From positions 1 to 64,000 of IMG/VR virus record IMGVR_UViG_3300025536_000010: a stretch of 64,000 nt of DNA. One strand, written 5' to 3'. Numbering within the stretch: the stretch's first letter is position 1; every line of letters starts with the position of its first letter. Shown piece by piece: positions 45,892-55,005 of the stretch. Under the pieces are notes generated by a model that did no database searches, was not told where the DNA came from, and saw only the letters and a list, made by a program, of their open reading frames with translations. A program made the position numbers and the translations under genes.

Positions 45892-46050
45892 CAGGCCGGC
45901 AGCGACTGGCACCGGGAAAGATAGCTCAACCTGACGGTAGCGGCCACCGTGCCGTGGGGCGACCTCAAAAATCGAACCACGAACGCGGAGGACGCCGCCG
46001 GTAGGCTGGGCCTTCTGGAACGGTGTCCGTCGCTGCCGGCCTGCTCTTTT
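45892..46050 (+). ncRNA. Candidate rod-shaped RNA (6S-like architecture)
   Basis: Perfect 15-bp closing stem 45892-45906/46029-46043, extended by nested imperfect stems to an apical loop near 45960-45972; followed by CTCTTTT. Confidence 0.5.
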
Positions 46051-46065
46051 GCGCCCGGAGCAAAC

Positions 46066-46992
46066 ATGGAAGACTTCCTCAAGCATCTCGCCTGGGTTGG
46101 ACCCCTGGCGGTCATGGCCCTTGTGGGCCTCCTGGCGGCTCTACGCCGCGTCATTGAGCGGAAGAAGGCCCAGAAGCCTACCTTGCCGCCCGAGAGGCTT
46201 AGGCAGCCTCCCAGAGCCATTTCCAAGCAGCCTGTCGATTACGACGCCCCGCCTTTCCCGCCGGCCGAACTGAGGACCGAGGAACGGCCCGGGGAGCGCC
46301 GCCGCCTGACCAAGGAAGAGGCTGCGATCCACGACGCCATGACAGTAGCAACCAAGGCCGCTGACGCTGGCGAGCCGGCTGAGCGCTTTATGGTTCCGAT
46401 CACCGGCCCCCAGGCCGGCAGCGTCGTCCAGCTGGGCAAGACCGAGTACATCGAGAAGCCTGTGGAGGGTGAGCGAGACGCCAGGGCAGACGTGCAGATG
46501 CCTGGCGATCTCGAACAGAAGCCCATCGACGACGGCAGCAGTTCGGCGATGCGGTACGCTCGCCGTCAGGGGCGCATCGGTGAGGACGGCAGTGTCGACC
46601 ACGGTGGCGGCGTCACGTCACACCCGCTGCGGCCTGGCGAGGTGACGGAGCGCATCGACGGCTACCAGCAGTACCTGGCCAAGCTGAACACCAAGGCCGA
46701 TGCAGCCTTCGCGGAAGAGTTGGTCATGATTAAACGGGACGCCGAGTGCCTGGCCCGCCACAAGTTCCTGACGCCCGAACGCAAAGCGCAGCTGCTTGCC
46801 CAGGAGCGGATCGAAGCGCCAGAGGAACACCGCGACCCCAGGCCCGACGACGAGGTTATCGAAGCGTTCGTGGCTCACTGTGTCCAGGCAGCCGTCGACC
46901 AGGCCAAAGGCATCTATGCTTCGCCCAACCCCGACCTCTTGAAGAAAGTCACGCCTGAGCGGATCAGGTCTGGGCAGTTTTTCTCGCACTGA
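46066..46992 (+). CDS. Membrane-anchored hypothetical protein
   Basis: RBS GGAG; TM helix LAWVGPLAVMALVGLLAAL followed by basic residues. Confidence 0.7.
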   Translation: MEDFLKHLAWVGPLAVMALVGLLAALRRVIERKKAQKPTLPPERLRQPPRAISKQPVDYDAPPFPPAELRTEERPGERRRLTKEEAAIHDAMTVATKAADAGEPAERFMVPITGPQAGSVVQLGKTEYIEKPVEGERDARADVQMPGDLEQKPIDDGSSSAMRYARRQGRIGEDGSVDHGGGVTSHPLRPGEVTERIDGYQQYLAKLNTKADAAFAEELVMIKRDAECLARHKFLTPERKAQLLAQERIEAPEEHRDPRPDDEVIEAFVAHCVQAAVDQAKGIYASPNPDLLKKVTPERIRSGQFFSH

Positions 46993-46998
46993 TCTCCC

Positions 46999-47042
46999 AA
47001 GCCGTCGACCCGGTATGCTGGGCGGCGGCTTACTCATTTCTT
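46999..47042 (+). terminator. Probable terminator hairpin
   Basis: AAGCCGTCG/CGGCGGCTT stem followed by ACTCATTTCTT. Confidence 0.45.
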
Positions 47043-47057
47043 CGCAATCGGGTTTGC

Positions 47058-47284
47058 GTTTTGTCCCCCATTCGAGTATATTTGGCCGCAGTCCAATATC
47101 TCGACACACGCGGTACGGAAGCCTCGGTCGAGCCGCATGGCAATGAGGCTGTGCGTCGGTTGGAGCCGCTAACGAAGTCCTTTTCGGACTCAGGCCCGTT
47201 CCCGACGCTCTCTACTTCCAATGCTGCGCCTACACGGTCGCCGTGCAGGCTTTGCTCGGCTTCCGCCGCATGGGAGGACAAAGC
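47058..47284 (+). promoter_or_regulatory. Multi-stem structured leader that pairs with the RBS of the downstream GT2 gene
   Basis: GTTTTGTCCCCCA (47058-70) pairs with TGGGAGGACAAAGC (47271-84); inner stems CGGAAGCC/GGCTTCCG and GCGTCGG/CCGACGC. Confidence 0.5.
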
Positions 47285-47285
47285 A

Positions 47286-48353
47286 ATGGCTGACGGGCAG
47301 CGTATCGCTGGTACAGCGCGCATCCCCGTTGCAGAGATGGCCAAAGACAATCTGCAACACATTTTCCCCCACCTTACGCCCGAACAGATCGAGGCGATGA
47401 AAGCCGGCAAGCCGGTCCCGCCGTCGCCGGATTGGCAAGGCAGTACGACAGCGCCAGTCTCCAGCGGTGCAGCGTGCGAGATCCCGCGTCGGCAAGAGCC
47501 AGAAGCCGCTCAGGTCGACCTGACGGGCTTGCCGGCTCCGGTTATCGCGGAGAACGAGCACCTGCCGCTGGTGACCTGCATTCTCGTTTTTGGCATCCGC
47601 GAGCGGTTGCGGATGGCGCGCAAGGCGGTCAACCAGTTCGTCCGTCAGCATTACCCGCGCAAGCAGTTGGTGATCGTCAACACCACCGACCTCGACGTCA
47701 CCAACCGGCCGCACCCGGCGATCAAGGAGCGCAAGGTCTTCACCGGGCAAAAGCTGCCGACCGGACAGATGCGCAACCAGGGCATGGACCTGGCGGACGG
47801 CGACTGGATCGTGCCTTGCTGGGACGATGACGACTACTACGATCCCTGGCGGCTCGTCTACCAGATGTGTCTCCGGCGTCCCGGGCACGCGGTCCTGCTG
47901 ACGAACCAGATCCGCGTCCACATCGACAGCACTACGGCGTTCATGCACCACCAGGCCGAGGGCATCCCGAACACGATGCTCGTCCCGAACCTGCCCGAGA
48001 CGCGCTTCGACGAGGAGGCGCAGATCGGCGAAGACCTGGCGTTCTGGATGAAGCACTACGGCGTCAAAACGGTCATCGCCAACAACGTCGAGTTCCCGCT
48101 CAATCATCTCTCGATGGCCGCCTACCACGGCCACAACATTACGCCGGTCGGCGAGTTCATGCGCGGCTATCACGGACCCGAGCACCAGGGGCACATTTAT
48201 CTGCCCCCGGAAGAGATCGACAACCTGCGCACTATCCTCAGCGACTTTGGCGTGCAACTGTCTACGACGCCTCCGGGGGAGGCGTCTGGCGACCAAGGTC
48301 CGGCAGGCTCGCCAGAGCCCGCTGAGACGAGCGAGGTCGCCATTCTCTCCTAG
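47286..48353 (+). CDS. Glycosyltransferase family 2 with N-terminal extension
   Basis: PLVTCIL, QHYPRKQLVIVN, RNQG..LADGDWI..WDDDDY. Confidence 0.8.
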   Translation: MADGQRIAGTARIPVAEMAKDNLQHIFPHLTPEQIEAMKAGKPVPPSPDWQGSTTAPVSSGAACEIPRRQEPEAAQVDLTGLPAPVIAENEHLPLVTCILVFGIRERLRMARKAVNQFVRQHYPRKQLVIVNTTDLDVTNRPHPAIKERKVFTGQKLPTGQMRNQGMDLADGDWIVPCWDDDDYYDPWRLVYQMCLRRPGHAVLLTNQIRVHIDSTTAFMHHQAEGIPNTMLVPNLPETRFDEEAQIGEDLAFWMKHYGVKTVIANNVEFPLNHLSMAAYHGHNITPVGEFMRGYHGPEHQGHIYLPPEEIDNLRTILSDFGVQLSTTPPGEASGDQGPAGSPEPAETSEVAILS

Positions 48354-48380
48354 TCCGTCCCAGTGGCAGAAAGGGCAGGT

Positions 48381-49178
48381 ATGAGCATCGTGGCGCAAAG
48401 CCAGGGCGTCCTGAACTTCGTCGTTACGGGTGAGATCAGGAGCGGCGCCTCCGTCGTGCAATCGAGTATCGACGGACGAGCCGACTGTGTCTGCCATGCA
48501 GACCTGTTCCACCCGGACGACGCCGTGCGGCGAGAAGCCCATGAGGGCTACTTCGGCCCCAGCAAAGACCCGGAACGGATGCCCGAGTGGTTCAAGGATG
48601 GCGAGACGGTGCCTTTCCAGTACATCAACCACGCGGTACTGGACAACCCCATGCAAGGAGAATGCGCAGTCGGTTTCAAAGTTTTGTACCCGGCTGTGCG
48701 CAGGTGGGAACTGTTTGAGTTGTTTGAAGAACGGTGCCGAGAAGGTGATTTCTGTTTGGTGCATGTCGCTCGAAACCCGGTGGCCTGTTTCGTAAGTCTC
48801 AAGCAGGCCGAGCAGTCTGGTGTGTGGGCGCGGGGCTGGAACAGCTTGCGGCAAACAAGCTGCCCCAGCGCCGTCACCGTGGATGCAGGCGAGTTGATAG
48901 CGTTCTGTCGCAACCACGCCTCTCTCTACGGCAAAATCCGTGCCGCATGTAAGGACTCCTTGGAAATCTCCTACCGGGACGTACTGCTCGACTACCAGGA
49001 CACCATGCGGAAGGTGTTTAAGTTCCTGGAACTCCCCGAGTCCGACGAGCCAGCCGTGCCCGGCTGCCGCCGGCTCAAGAACCGGGACATATTGGCAAGG
49101 ATCGCTAACCTGAACCGGCTGCGCAGCGAGGTGCCTTCGGACATCCGCGCGCTGCTGGACGACGAGGAGTTACTCTGA
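48381..49178 (+). CDS. Sulfotransferase (Stf0-like)
   Basis: FVVTGEIRSGAS (5'-PSB loop), VGFKVLY, HVARNPVACFVS (3'-PB), ISYRD. Confidence 0.75.
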   Translation: MSIVAQSQGVLNFVVTGEIRSGASVVQSSIDGRADCVCHADLFHPDDAVRREAHEGYFGPSKDPERMPEWFKDGETVPFQYINHAVLDNPMQGECAVGFKVLYPAVRRWELFELFEERCREGDFCLVHVARNPVACFVSLKQAEQSGVWARGWNSLRQTSCPSAVTVDAGELIAFCRNHASLYGKIRAACKDSLEISYRDVLLDYQDTMRKVFKFLELPESDEPAVPGCRRLKNRDILARIANLNRLRSEVPSDIRALLDDEELL

Positions 49179-49705
49179 TGCGCCGCAACCGCGCGCTGTG
49201 GTGGTCTATCGTTTCCCTGGTCGCCGGCATCGCCACCAGCATTGCGCTAGTGGCGGTGGTGACGCACCCGGAACCCAGACCACCGGCCGCGGCGCAGCGC
49301 AGCGAACTGCCGCACGTCGAACAGGGCACAGAACCGGCCGCAGCCGGTCCCCGGCGTATGCCGGTGGCCGGGGCGCCGGGATACTGGGTCGTGGTCAACA
49401 CGGACGGTTCGAGCTATCTGGAAGGACCGGACGGTCAGCGCACAGCGCTGGCCGCTGCCGGCCCTTCGGTCCCGGAGCAGCGCGTCGCCGACGCCATCGC
49501 TAAACGACTTGCCAAGACCCCCGAGAAACGTAAGGGCCTGGGCCAGTTGGTGGTGTGCGATAGTGGCGTGGTGGATGTGCCGAAAGACGCCATCATCACG
49601 TTCGTCGGTGTCGACAAAGTCGTCACCCTCGATCCGAACGATGGTTCTTCGACGGCCCACTACGTCGATGGTCGCGTGCAGCGCCGGGAGCGTGTGGAGC
49701 GTTAG
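49178..49705 (+). CDS. Membrane-anchored hypothetical protein
   Basis: N-terminal TM helix; TGATG coupling. Confidence 0.65.
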   Translation: MRRNRALWWSIVSLVAGIATSIALVAVVTHPEPRPPAAAQRSELPHVEQGTEPAAAGPRRMPVAGAPGYWVVVNTDGSSYLEGPDGQRTALAAAGPSVPEQRVADAIAKRLAKTPEKRKGLGQLVVCDSGVVDVPKDAIITFVGVDKVVTLDPNDGSSTAHYVDGRVQRRERVER

Positions 49706-49762
49706 GTCACGGTGGCCTAATGCTGCGCGATGCAAGGAATATCCCTGGAAGGAGTGCTCTCC

Positions 49763-50317
49763 ATGTCCCTTAGCACGGTTGCTGCGATCATCGTCCAGAC
49801 CCCGAAGGTGTTCAGCTGGCTGGGTCACATGCCCGTCATGACCTGGTCCCTCAACCAACTGCTCGAAGTCCGCGGCGTCGACCGGATCGTCTGCGTCGCG
49901 GTCCCCGATCTTGCTGCCCGCGCCGGGCGGATACTGGTCAAGGACGAGATCGAGGTGACCACCATCCCCGACAACGTGAAAGACCAGACCACGCTGCACA
50001 AATGGTTGTGCGCTGCCAACGGTCCCGCGGCCACGGCTGACGTCCTGGTTGCCATCAAGCCGACCGCGCCGTTTTTGCCCTCCGCCAAGATCGAGGCGTG
50101 CCTGCACAAGGTCAAGCGCTGCAAGAACTGCGATCATTGCACGCTGCACCGCTACGCCACTGTTGACAGCCTCCAAGTCTTTAAGGTACAGGCAGTGATC
50201 GAATCCGTGGCGCTCCAGCGGGCCGCGGTGCCGGTGAGTCTGATCGAGTCGCTCGACGTCACCGACCCCGAAGGGCTCCGCGTGGCCACCGCCCTGGTCG
50301 TTAGCGGCACGGCTTGA
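49763..50317 (+). CDS. Cytidylyltransferase-like (NeuA/KdsB fold), degenerate
   Basis: LGHMPVMTWS, VDRIV, KPTAPFL..IEAC, ESLDVTDPEG; the canonical N-terminal ARxGSK loop is absent. Confidence 0.6.
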   Translation: MSLSTVAAIIVQTPKVFSWLGHMPVMTWSLNQLLEVRGVDRIVCVAVPDLAARAGRILVKDEIEVTTIPDNVKDQTTLHKWLCAANGPAATADVLVAIKPTAPFLPSAKIEACLHKVKRCKNCDHCTLHRYATVDSLQVFKVQAVIESVALQRAAVPVSLIESLDVTDPEGLRVATALVVSGTA

Positions 50318-50356
50318 CCGTTTCCCCGGAAGCCAGCATTCAGGAAGGATAGCTCA

Positions 50357-51277
50357 ATGGCCGAACTACCGCTCGTCTCTTGCCTGTGCGCCAGCAGCCC
50401 CAAACGGTGGGCGCAGTTGCAGCGGGCCATCCTGGACTTCACCAGGCAGACCTACCCGAACAAGGAACTCATCATCGGCGTTGACCTGCGCACAGACTTC
50501 GCCGGCATGATCGAATTGTTCGTGGAAGACGCGCTGGCCAGCGTGCCGCCGACGCGCGTGCATGATGGCGAGCGGATCATCCGCGACCTGCCCTACCGGA
50601 TCAAAGTGTTCGGCCGCCCCAACAGTAACTCGCCGATGGACTGCCTGATCCAGGCGCTCTGTCACGCCCGCGGCGACATCGTTGCCCTTTGGGACGACGA
50701 TAACCTCAACCTGCCGAGCCGCTTGACGGATCAGGTGGTTCGGCAGCAACGGCACCAGGATACACTCACGGCGCTCTCGGAATGCCTGTACTACTTCCAC
50801 GAGAGCAAAGAGTTGTTCGTGGTGAACCACGAAAACCCGGAGGCCGAGGTCAGCGAGCGCATCGCTATCTCGTCGCTCATGAGCCCGCGCGACGCGCTGC
50901 CAGCGTTGGAGCCGCACTATCGAACCAACCCAGCGTTGCACTTGGTCAACGGCCTCCAGGCGCGCAACCGCAAACTGCTGGGCATCACCGGCAAGCCGTT
51001 TCACCACCTAGTCGGCGTGTCGGGCGACAACCTGCGCGGCTACAGCGACCATCGTAAAATCGCGCAGGGTCACTCGCGTTCGGCGGACTGGATCAATGAG
51101 CGCGCGGATGCGCTTGTTGAAGCGCTGAACCAGTATTACTGGGACGCGGACAAAGTGAACGTCGTGGGCGCGGATGCCCTGGCGTTTGAGTACACCCCCA
51201 AGCTACGACATTCCAAAGACCTCTACGAAATCGCTATCAAGGACGCCGAAGCCGAAGAGGTCGTCAGAGAGGATTGA
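50357..51277 (+). CDS. Glycosyltransferase family 2
   Basis: PLVSCL, QTYPNKELII, ARGDIVALWDDD...RL..Q. Confidence 0.8.
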   Translation: MAELPLVSCLCASSPKRWAQLQRAILDFTRQTYPNKELIIGVDLRTDFAGMIELFVEDALASVPPTRVHDGERIIRDLPYRIKVFGRPNSNSPMDCLIQALCHARGDIVALWDDDNLNLPSRLTDQVVRQQRHQDTLTALSECLYYFHESKELFVVNHENPEAEVSERIAISSLMSPRDALPALEPHYRTNPALHLVNGLQARNRKLLGITGKPFHHLVGVSGDNLRGYSDHRKIAQGHSRSADWINERADALVEALNQYYWDADKVNVVGADALAFEYTPKLRHSKDLYEIAIKDAEAEEVVRED

Positions 51278-51312
51278 CCATGCCAATGATCGCTGTCCAA
51301 GGAGGGACACGA

Positions 51313-51525
51313 ATGAGCGCTCCCACCAATCTGAGCGAGCGCGAGCGGGACGTCCTGCACGGTATCGTGGAGGACAAAACCTACCGAGAGATCGCGGCCG
51401 GCATGGGCGTCTCTACCGAGACGGTGAAAACCTATGCCAACCGCCTCCGGCGCAAGCTCGGCATCAACAGCAAGACGGGGCTGGCTTTGTGGGCCGCCTC
51501 ACACCTAGACGCCTATGGGTTTTGA
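51313..51525 (+). CDS. Stand-alone LuxR-type HTH regulator
   Basis: LSERERDVL..TYREIA..MGVSTETVKTY..RLRRKLG. Confidence 0.9.
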   Translation: MSAPTNLSERERDVLHGIVEDKTYREIAAGMGVSTETVKTYANRLRRKLGINSKTGLALWAASHLDAYGF

Positions 51526-51528
51526 ACC

Positions 51529-52026
51529 ATGTGGACCATTTTGAAAAATATCACGGACTGGACGCAGTACCAGGGGACCGCTGCTCGGCAGCTGCATCTG
51601 GTCGGCGTGCAGATCGAGTGGGGCAAAGGTCCGAAAGAGTTCCCCTGCCTGGTCACCACTTATTGCCCCGACCCGGCCCCTGGTAAGCAGCCGACTCTCA
51701 TCTCCGCGTACGTCTATCAGTCGGACGCAGAGGCCCTGCTCAAGGCCGCTGGCGTGACCACGGCACCGCCCAGCACAGAGCGTGCAGCACTCCCGCCCGG
51801 CGTCGTCGACGCCAAGCAGGCTCAGTTCAACCGCTGGGTGTCGGCCCACCTGCTGGCGCTGGTGCAGCAGCTGGTCGACCGTAAAGAAGTGTTCAGCCGC
51901 AAGGACTATGAAGAGAGCCTGGATGAGGGGCTCGACGCCGTGCGGCACTGGGGTAACGCGGCGGCGCGCAAGATCCTCTCCGAAGACCAACGTACTCTGC
52001 TGGATCGGCTCGAACCGCCTGGGTAA
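51529..52026 (+). CDS. Hypothetical protein
   Basis: ORF in operon context. Confidence 0.65.
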   Translation: MWTILKNITDWTQYQGTAARQLHLVGVQIEWGKGPKEFPCLVTTYCPDPAPGKQPTLISAYVYQSDAEALLKAAGVTTAPPSTERAALPPGVVDAKQAQFNRWVSAHLLALVQQLVDRKEVFSRKDYEESLDEGLDAVRHWGNAAARKILSEDQRTLLDRLEPPG

Positions 52027-52050
52027 AATACCTTCAACACAGAGCCCGTC

Positions 52051-52069
52051 CTAAAAGCCGGTTTTTGGA
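52051..52069 (+). repeat. Dispersed AAAAGCC-nn-TTTT motif copy
   Basis: CTAAAAGCCGGTTTTTGGA, intergenic. Confidence 0.7.
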
Positions 52070-52080
52070 GGCTGAGCGCA

Positions 52081-53985
52081 ATGCGGGACGGTTTCTGGAG
52101 GAGGTTACTCATGCCCTGGCAATCGGAAGCGGACTTCGTCAAAACTGCTGGGCAGTCTGGCCACGCCGGGCTGCCCAACAAACACATCCACGTCGACACG
52201 GCCAAACAGCCCTCCGTCTCCGAACAGACGGAGGGTCAGCTGTACTCCGACATCGTCGCCAAGTTAATCGACGTCGAGCCGCGCATGTGCTGCCCTAACT
52301 GCGGCGCACGCGCACACGACATCAAAGACGGTGGCCAGGTTTACACCCGCGACATCTTGGAGTCGGGCGGGAAAACACACAAGGGCGACATCCCCAAGTG
52401 TCCGATCCCCGGCCTGGACATCCCGACGATGGCATACACGGTTAGTCCGTGCGGCTGCCGCGTAAGCGTGGAATGGGCCGGGGCGTTCGCGGCCGAACTC
52501 CAGAGCCGCCTGGGTGGCAGTAAACCGGCCCCCATCATCGGCGTCACGCCCAAACAGCGTGAGTTCAAACTGAACAAGCTGGAGGCGGACCTGGCGAGGC
52601 TCTACGCTCTCCAAGACAAAGCAACCGGCGCGCAGAAAGAGGCCGTCGACTACTGGATCGTGGTCGTCGCTGACCAGATCCAGCGGCTCTGTCCCGGCAA
52701 ACACAACCAGCAACCGTTGCCGAAGAAACTGGAGCCCGAAGTGATCCAGTGGGCCGTCAAAAACGCGCACAGTCAGCCGACCGCGCAGGTCACGACGACG
52801 CCCTACTACCCGTTGTTGGCAAGCCAGGGCGGTGCGCTACCGGCGGGTACGCCGCTTTACCAGAGCGCGAGCGGAGCCATGAGCACCGTACCTGTTTACA
52901 GCGGACAAAAACCAGCCGGACACTACGCAGTGCCCGGCCACCCGAACCCTACGGAGCAAACCGACGAGCATCCGAACTGGTCGGCTTGGGGTTACCCGCC
53001 AGGCTACAAGATGCCCAAGAACCTTGGGGTCGCCGCGCGCGTGGCGCAGGACAAGCTGGCAAACACCACGGCGAATCAGGCGGACGCACTGGCCCTGGCG
53101 ATACAGATGACGCAAGCTGGCATAATGAGTGCCACCAGCGTCGGCAAACTGGTCGGCGTCGACCTCGGCAAGGAGAAAACACAGTTCGTGAAGGGTAACG
53201 TCGGCAAAGTCCACAGCGTCAACGTCTACGTTATCCACGGTGAGTACGTCGTGCGGATCGAGACGGAGGCGTTCGAGCCCGTCGAGCGCAAGTTTGGCTC
53301 CCTGGCTGCGTGCATTGCCTACGCCAAACAGCTGAACGACAACCGACACACCAATCCTATCCTGGGTGCGGTGGCTGAGTTGCTATCGCGGCGTTTGAGC
53401 GAGATCCAAAACGCCCAGAAGGCGGCCAACCTGACGAACACGTCGGGTGTACCGCCGTTCAAGACGACCAAATTCACGCCGTCGCCGAACAAGGTCGTCC
53501 TGCACGGAGCCAACGCCGAAGAAACGTCGGTCTATGCGAAAGCAGCGTCGTCGCTGGACGAGATGCTCGGTGCGCTGGGCGTCCCGACCATCGTGCCGGG
53601 ACAGCCGGCGGCGACTCAATACACACCGGCCGACGTCAAGAAGATCCTGAGCTACTTCACCACGCACCAGGGCACCATCTACGGCGTCGTTAGTCAGTAC
53701 CTGCTACCGGCCGGCAGCGCTACGCCGACACTCACGTTGCTGGAGACGGTCGACGAGATCGCTAACAACTTGCGGCAGCACACCGAGAAAGGTATGTCCC
53801 TATCGGCGCTGTCCAAGCAGTTCCTTACGGCCTGGCGGCAGGCAATCGAGATCGGGAAGAAACTCCTCCCCGACGTCCAGGAGGTTGATGCGCCCGCGCC
53901 TACCACAACGCCGGCCCCGCAGCGGGTCGACGTCCGCGGGAAGCGGAAGCGGCGGACTATCCGCCAGATCGAGGATAACGAATGA
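52081..53985 (+). CDS. Large hypothetical protein with N-terminal Cys cluster
   Basis: RBS GGAGG; CCPNC..SPCGC. Confidence 0.7.
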   Translation: MRDGFWRRLLMPWQSEADFVKTAGQSGHAGLPNKHIHVDTAKQPSVSEQTEGQLYSDIVAKLIDVEPRMCCPNCGARAHDIKDGGQVYTRDILESGGKTHKGDIPKCPIPGLDIPTMAYTVSPCGCRVSVEWAGAFAAELQSRLGGSKPAPIIGVTPKQREFKLNKLEADLARLYALQDKATGAQKEAVDYWIVVVADQIQRLCPGKHNQQPLPKKLEPEVIQWAVKNAHSQPTAQVTTTPYYPLLASQGGALPAGTPLYQSASGAMSTVPVYSGQKPAGHYAVPGHPNPTEQTDEHPNWSAWGYPPGYKMPKNLGVAARVAQDKLANTTANQADALALAIQMTQAGIMSATSVGKLVGVDLGKEKTQFVKGNVGKVHSVNVYVIHGEYVVRIETEAFEPVERKFGSLAACIAYAKQLNDNRHTNPILGAVAELLSRRLSEIQNAQKAANLTNTSGVPPFKTTKFTPSPNKVVLHGANAEETSVYAKAASSLDEMLGALGVPTIVPGQPAATQYTPADVKKILSYFTTHQGTIYGVVSQYLLPAGSATPTLTLLETVDEIANNLRQHTEKGMSLSALSKQFLTAWRQAIEIGKKLLPDVQEVDAPAPTTTPAPQRVDVRGKRKRRTIRQIEDNE

Positions 53986-54854
53986 TCGAGAAACTCATTA
54001 TCGGAGCCCCGTTCGGGAACTATCTGCACTTCGCCTACACCACGCCGACCCTGGGCACTTACACCAGTTACTACCGGGGCGGCTTCTGGAAGCGCGTGTG
54101 GCGCGTGCTGACGACGGTGCGCTACTATCCAGGCATCCAAGCCTGGAAAAACAAACTGGGCCTGCCTAACCCCAGCATCCGGCGGCTGACCGAACTGTGT
54201 GGGCCGCCGGCGCACAGCCATATCAGGGCGACCACGCCGCCCAAGCTGATCGTCAAGGACAAGATCGTTTCGGTCACCGGACACAACGACGTACAGTGGG
54301 AGACAGTGATCGTCACGGCGGCTGACGCCAAACCAGCCATGATTGAGATGAACGTGGGCTGCCCCAACTGCCCAGGCGACGACGCTACGCAGGATTATCC
54401 CAAGGTGTTCGCCTGGGCGTCGGAATACTGTTTTCGCAAACAGGTGCCGCTCTGTCTCAAACTGCCGCCGGTCAGCTTCATGCGGATCGTCCGGCAGGCC
54501 GTCGACGGCGGCATTTGCCGCTTCCACTGCTGCAACACGTTACCCACGCCTGGCGGTGGGATGTCGGGCAAGCCGCTCAAGCCCCTGGCCCTCCAGGCGA
54601 GCGAGTATGTACGGAACTACTGCTACGCCCGCAGCTACGCCCTGGACATGCTGATTGGCGGCGGCGGGGTCACACACGCCCAGGACGCGCAGGACTTCCT
54701 CGGCGTGGGCTGTACCAACGTGGCCGTGGCCTCCGTTTTGTTCAACCCGCTCAACTGGCCGCGGGTCCGCCGGATCGCTCACGACCTCTACCTGCGAGAC
54801 GCCCCGCCGCCGCAACCGGCACCGGCGGTCAAGGACGTCGAGCAGCTGCTTTGA
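53982..54854 (+). CDS. pyrD: Dihydroorotate dehydrogenase (class 1-like)
   Basis: NKLGLPNP, EMNVGCPN (catalytic Cys loop), LKLPP, NTL, GGMSG, IGGGGV. Confidence 0.85.
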   Translation: MIEKLIIGAPFGNYLHFAYTTPTLGTYTSYYRGGFWKRVWRVLTTVRYYPGIQAWKNKLGLPNPSIRRLTELCGPPAHSHIRATTPPKLIVKDKIVSVTGHNDVQWETVIVTAADAKPAMIEMNVGCPNCPGDDATQDYPKVFAWASEYCFRKQVPLCLKLPPVSFMRIVRQAVDGGICRFHCCNTLPTPGGGMSGKPLKPLALQASEYVRNYCYARSYALDMLIGGGGVTHAQDAQDFLGVGCTNVAVASVLFNPLNWPRVRRIAHDLYLRDAPPPQPAPAVKDVEQLL

Positions 54855-54889
54855 CTTTGTGAATCTTTCAGGAAACACTCGACGGCGGC

Positions 54890-54918
54890 TAGGCAAAGCC
54901 GCGTTGCGGTGCTACAGT
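54890..54918 (+). promoter_or_regulatory. Extended -10 promoter
   Basis: TAGGCA-N17-TACAGT with TG at the extended position. Confidence 0.5.
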
Positions 54919-54935
54919 GTTAGTAGACCACCGCG

Positions 54936-55005
54936 CATCCTCCGGGGATGGAGGAGCACCGTCGAGGCCGGGCTGCACCAGGACGCAGCCCGGCTTCGTT
55001 CTTTT
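54936..55005 (+). promoter_or_regulatory. Leader/sRNA with two GGA-loop hairpins; the second is terminator-like
   Basis: TCCTCC-GGGGAT-GGAGGA; GAGGCCGGGCTGC-ACCAGGAC-GCAGCCCGGCTTC then GTTCTTTT. Confidence 0.55.

Noticed and set aside
45915-45950. c-di-GMP-I riboswitch (GGTAGCGG word)
   Set aside because: Lacks the GCAAA/GNRA P2 and GACGCAAAGC elements; the region folds better as one rod.
47170-47195. Hammerhead ribozyme on minus strand (CTGAGTCCGAAAAGGAC)
   Set aside because: The core CUGAnGA and GAAA segments are not both present around stem II.
47153-47208. tRNA-like fold (7-bp stem, two arms, GTTC)
   Set aside because: No T-stem, a 5-nt anticodon-type loop, and no CCA after the stem.
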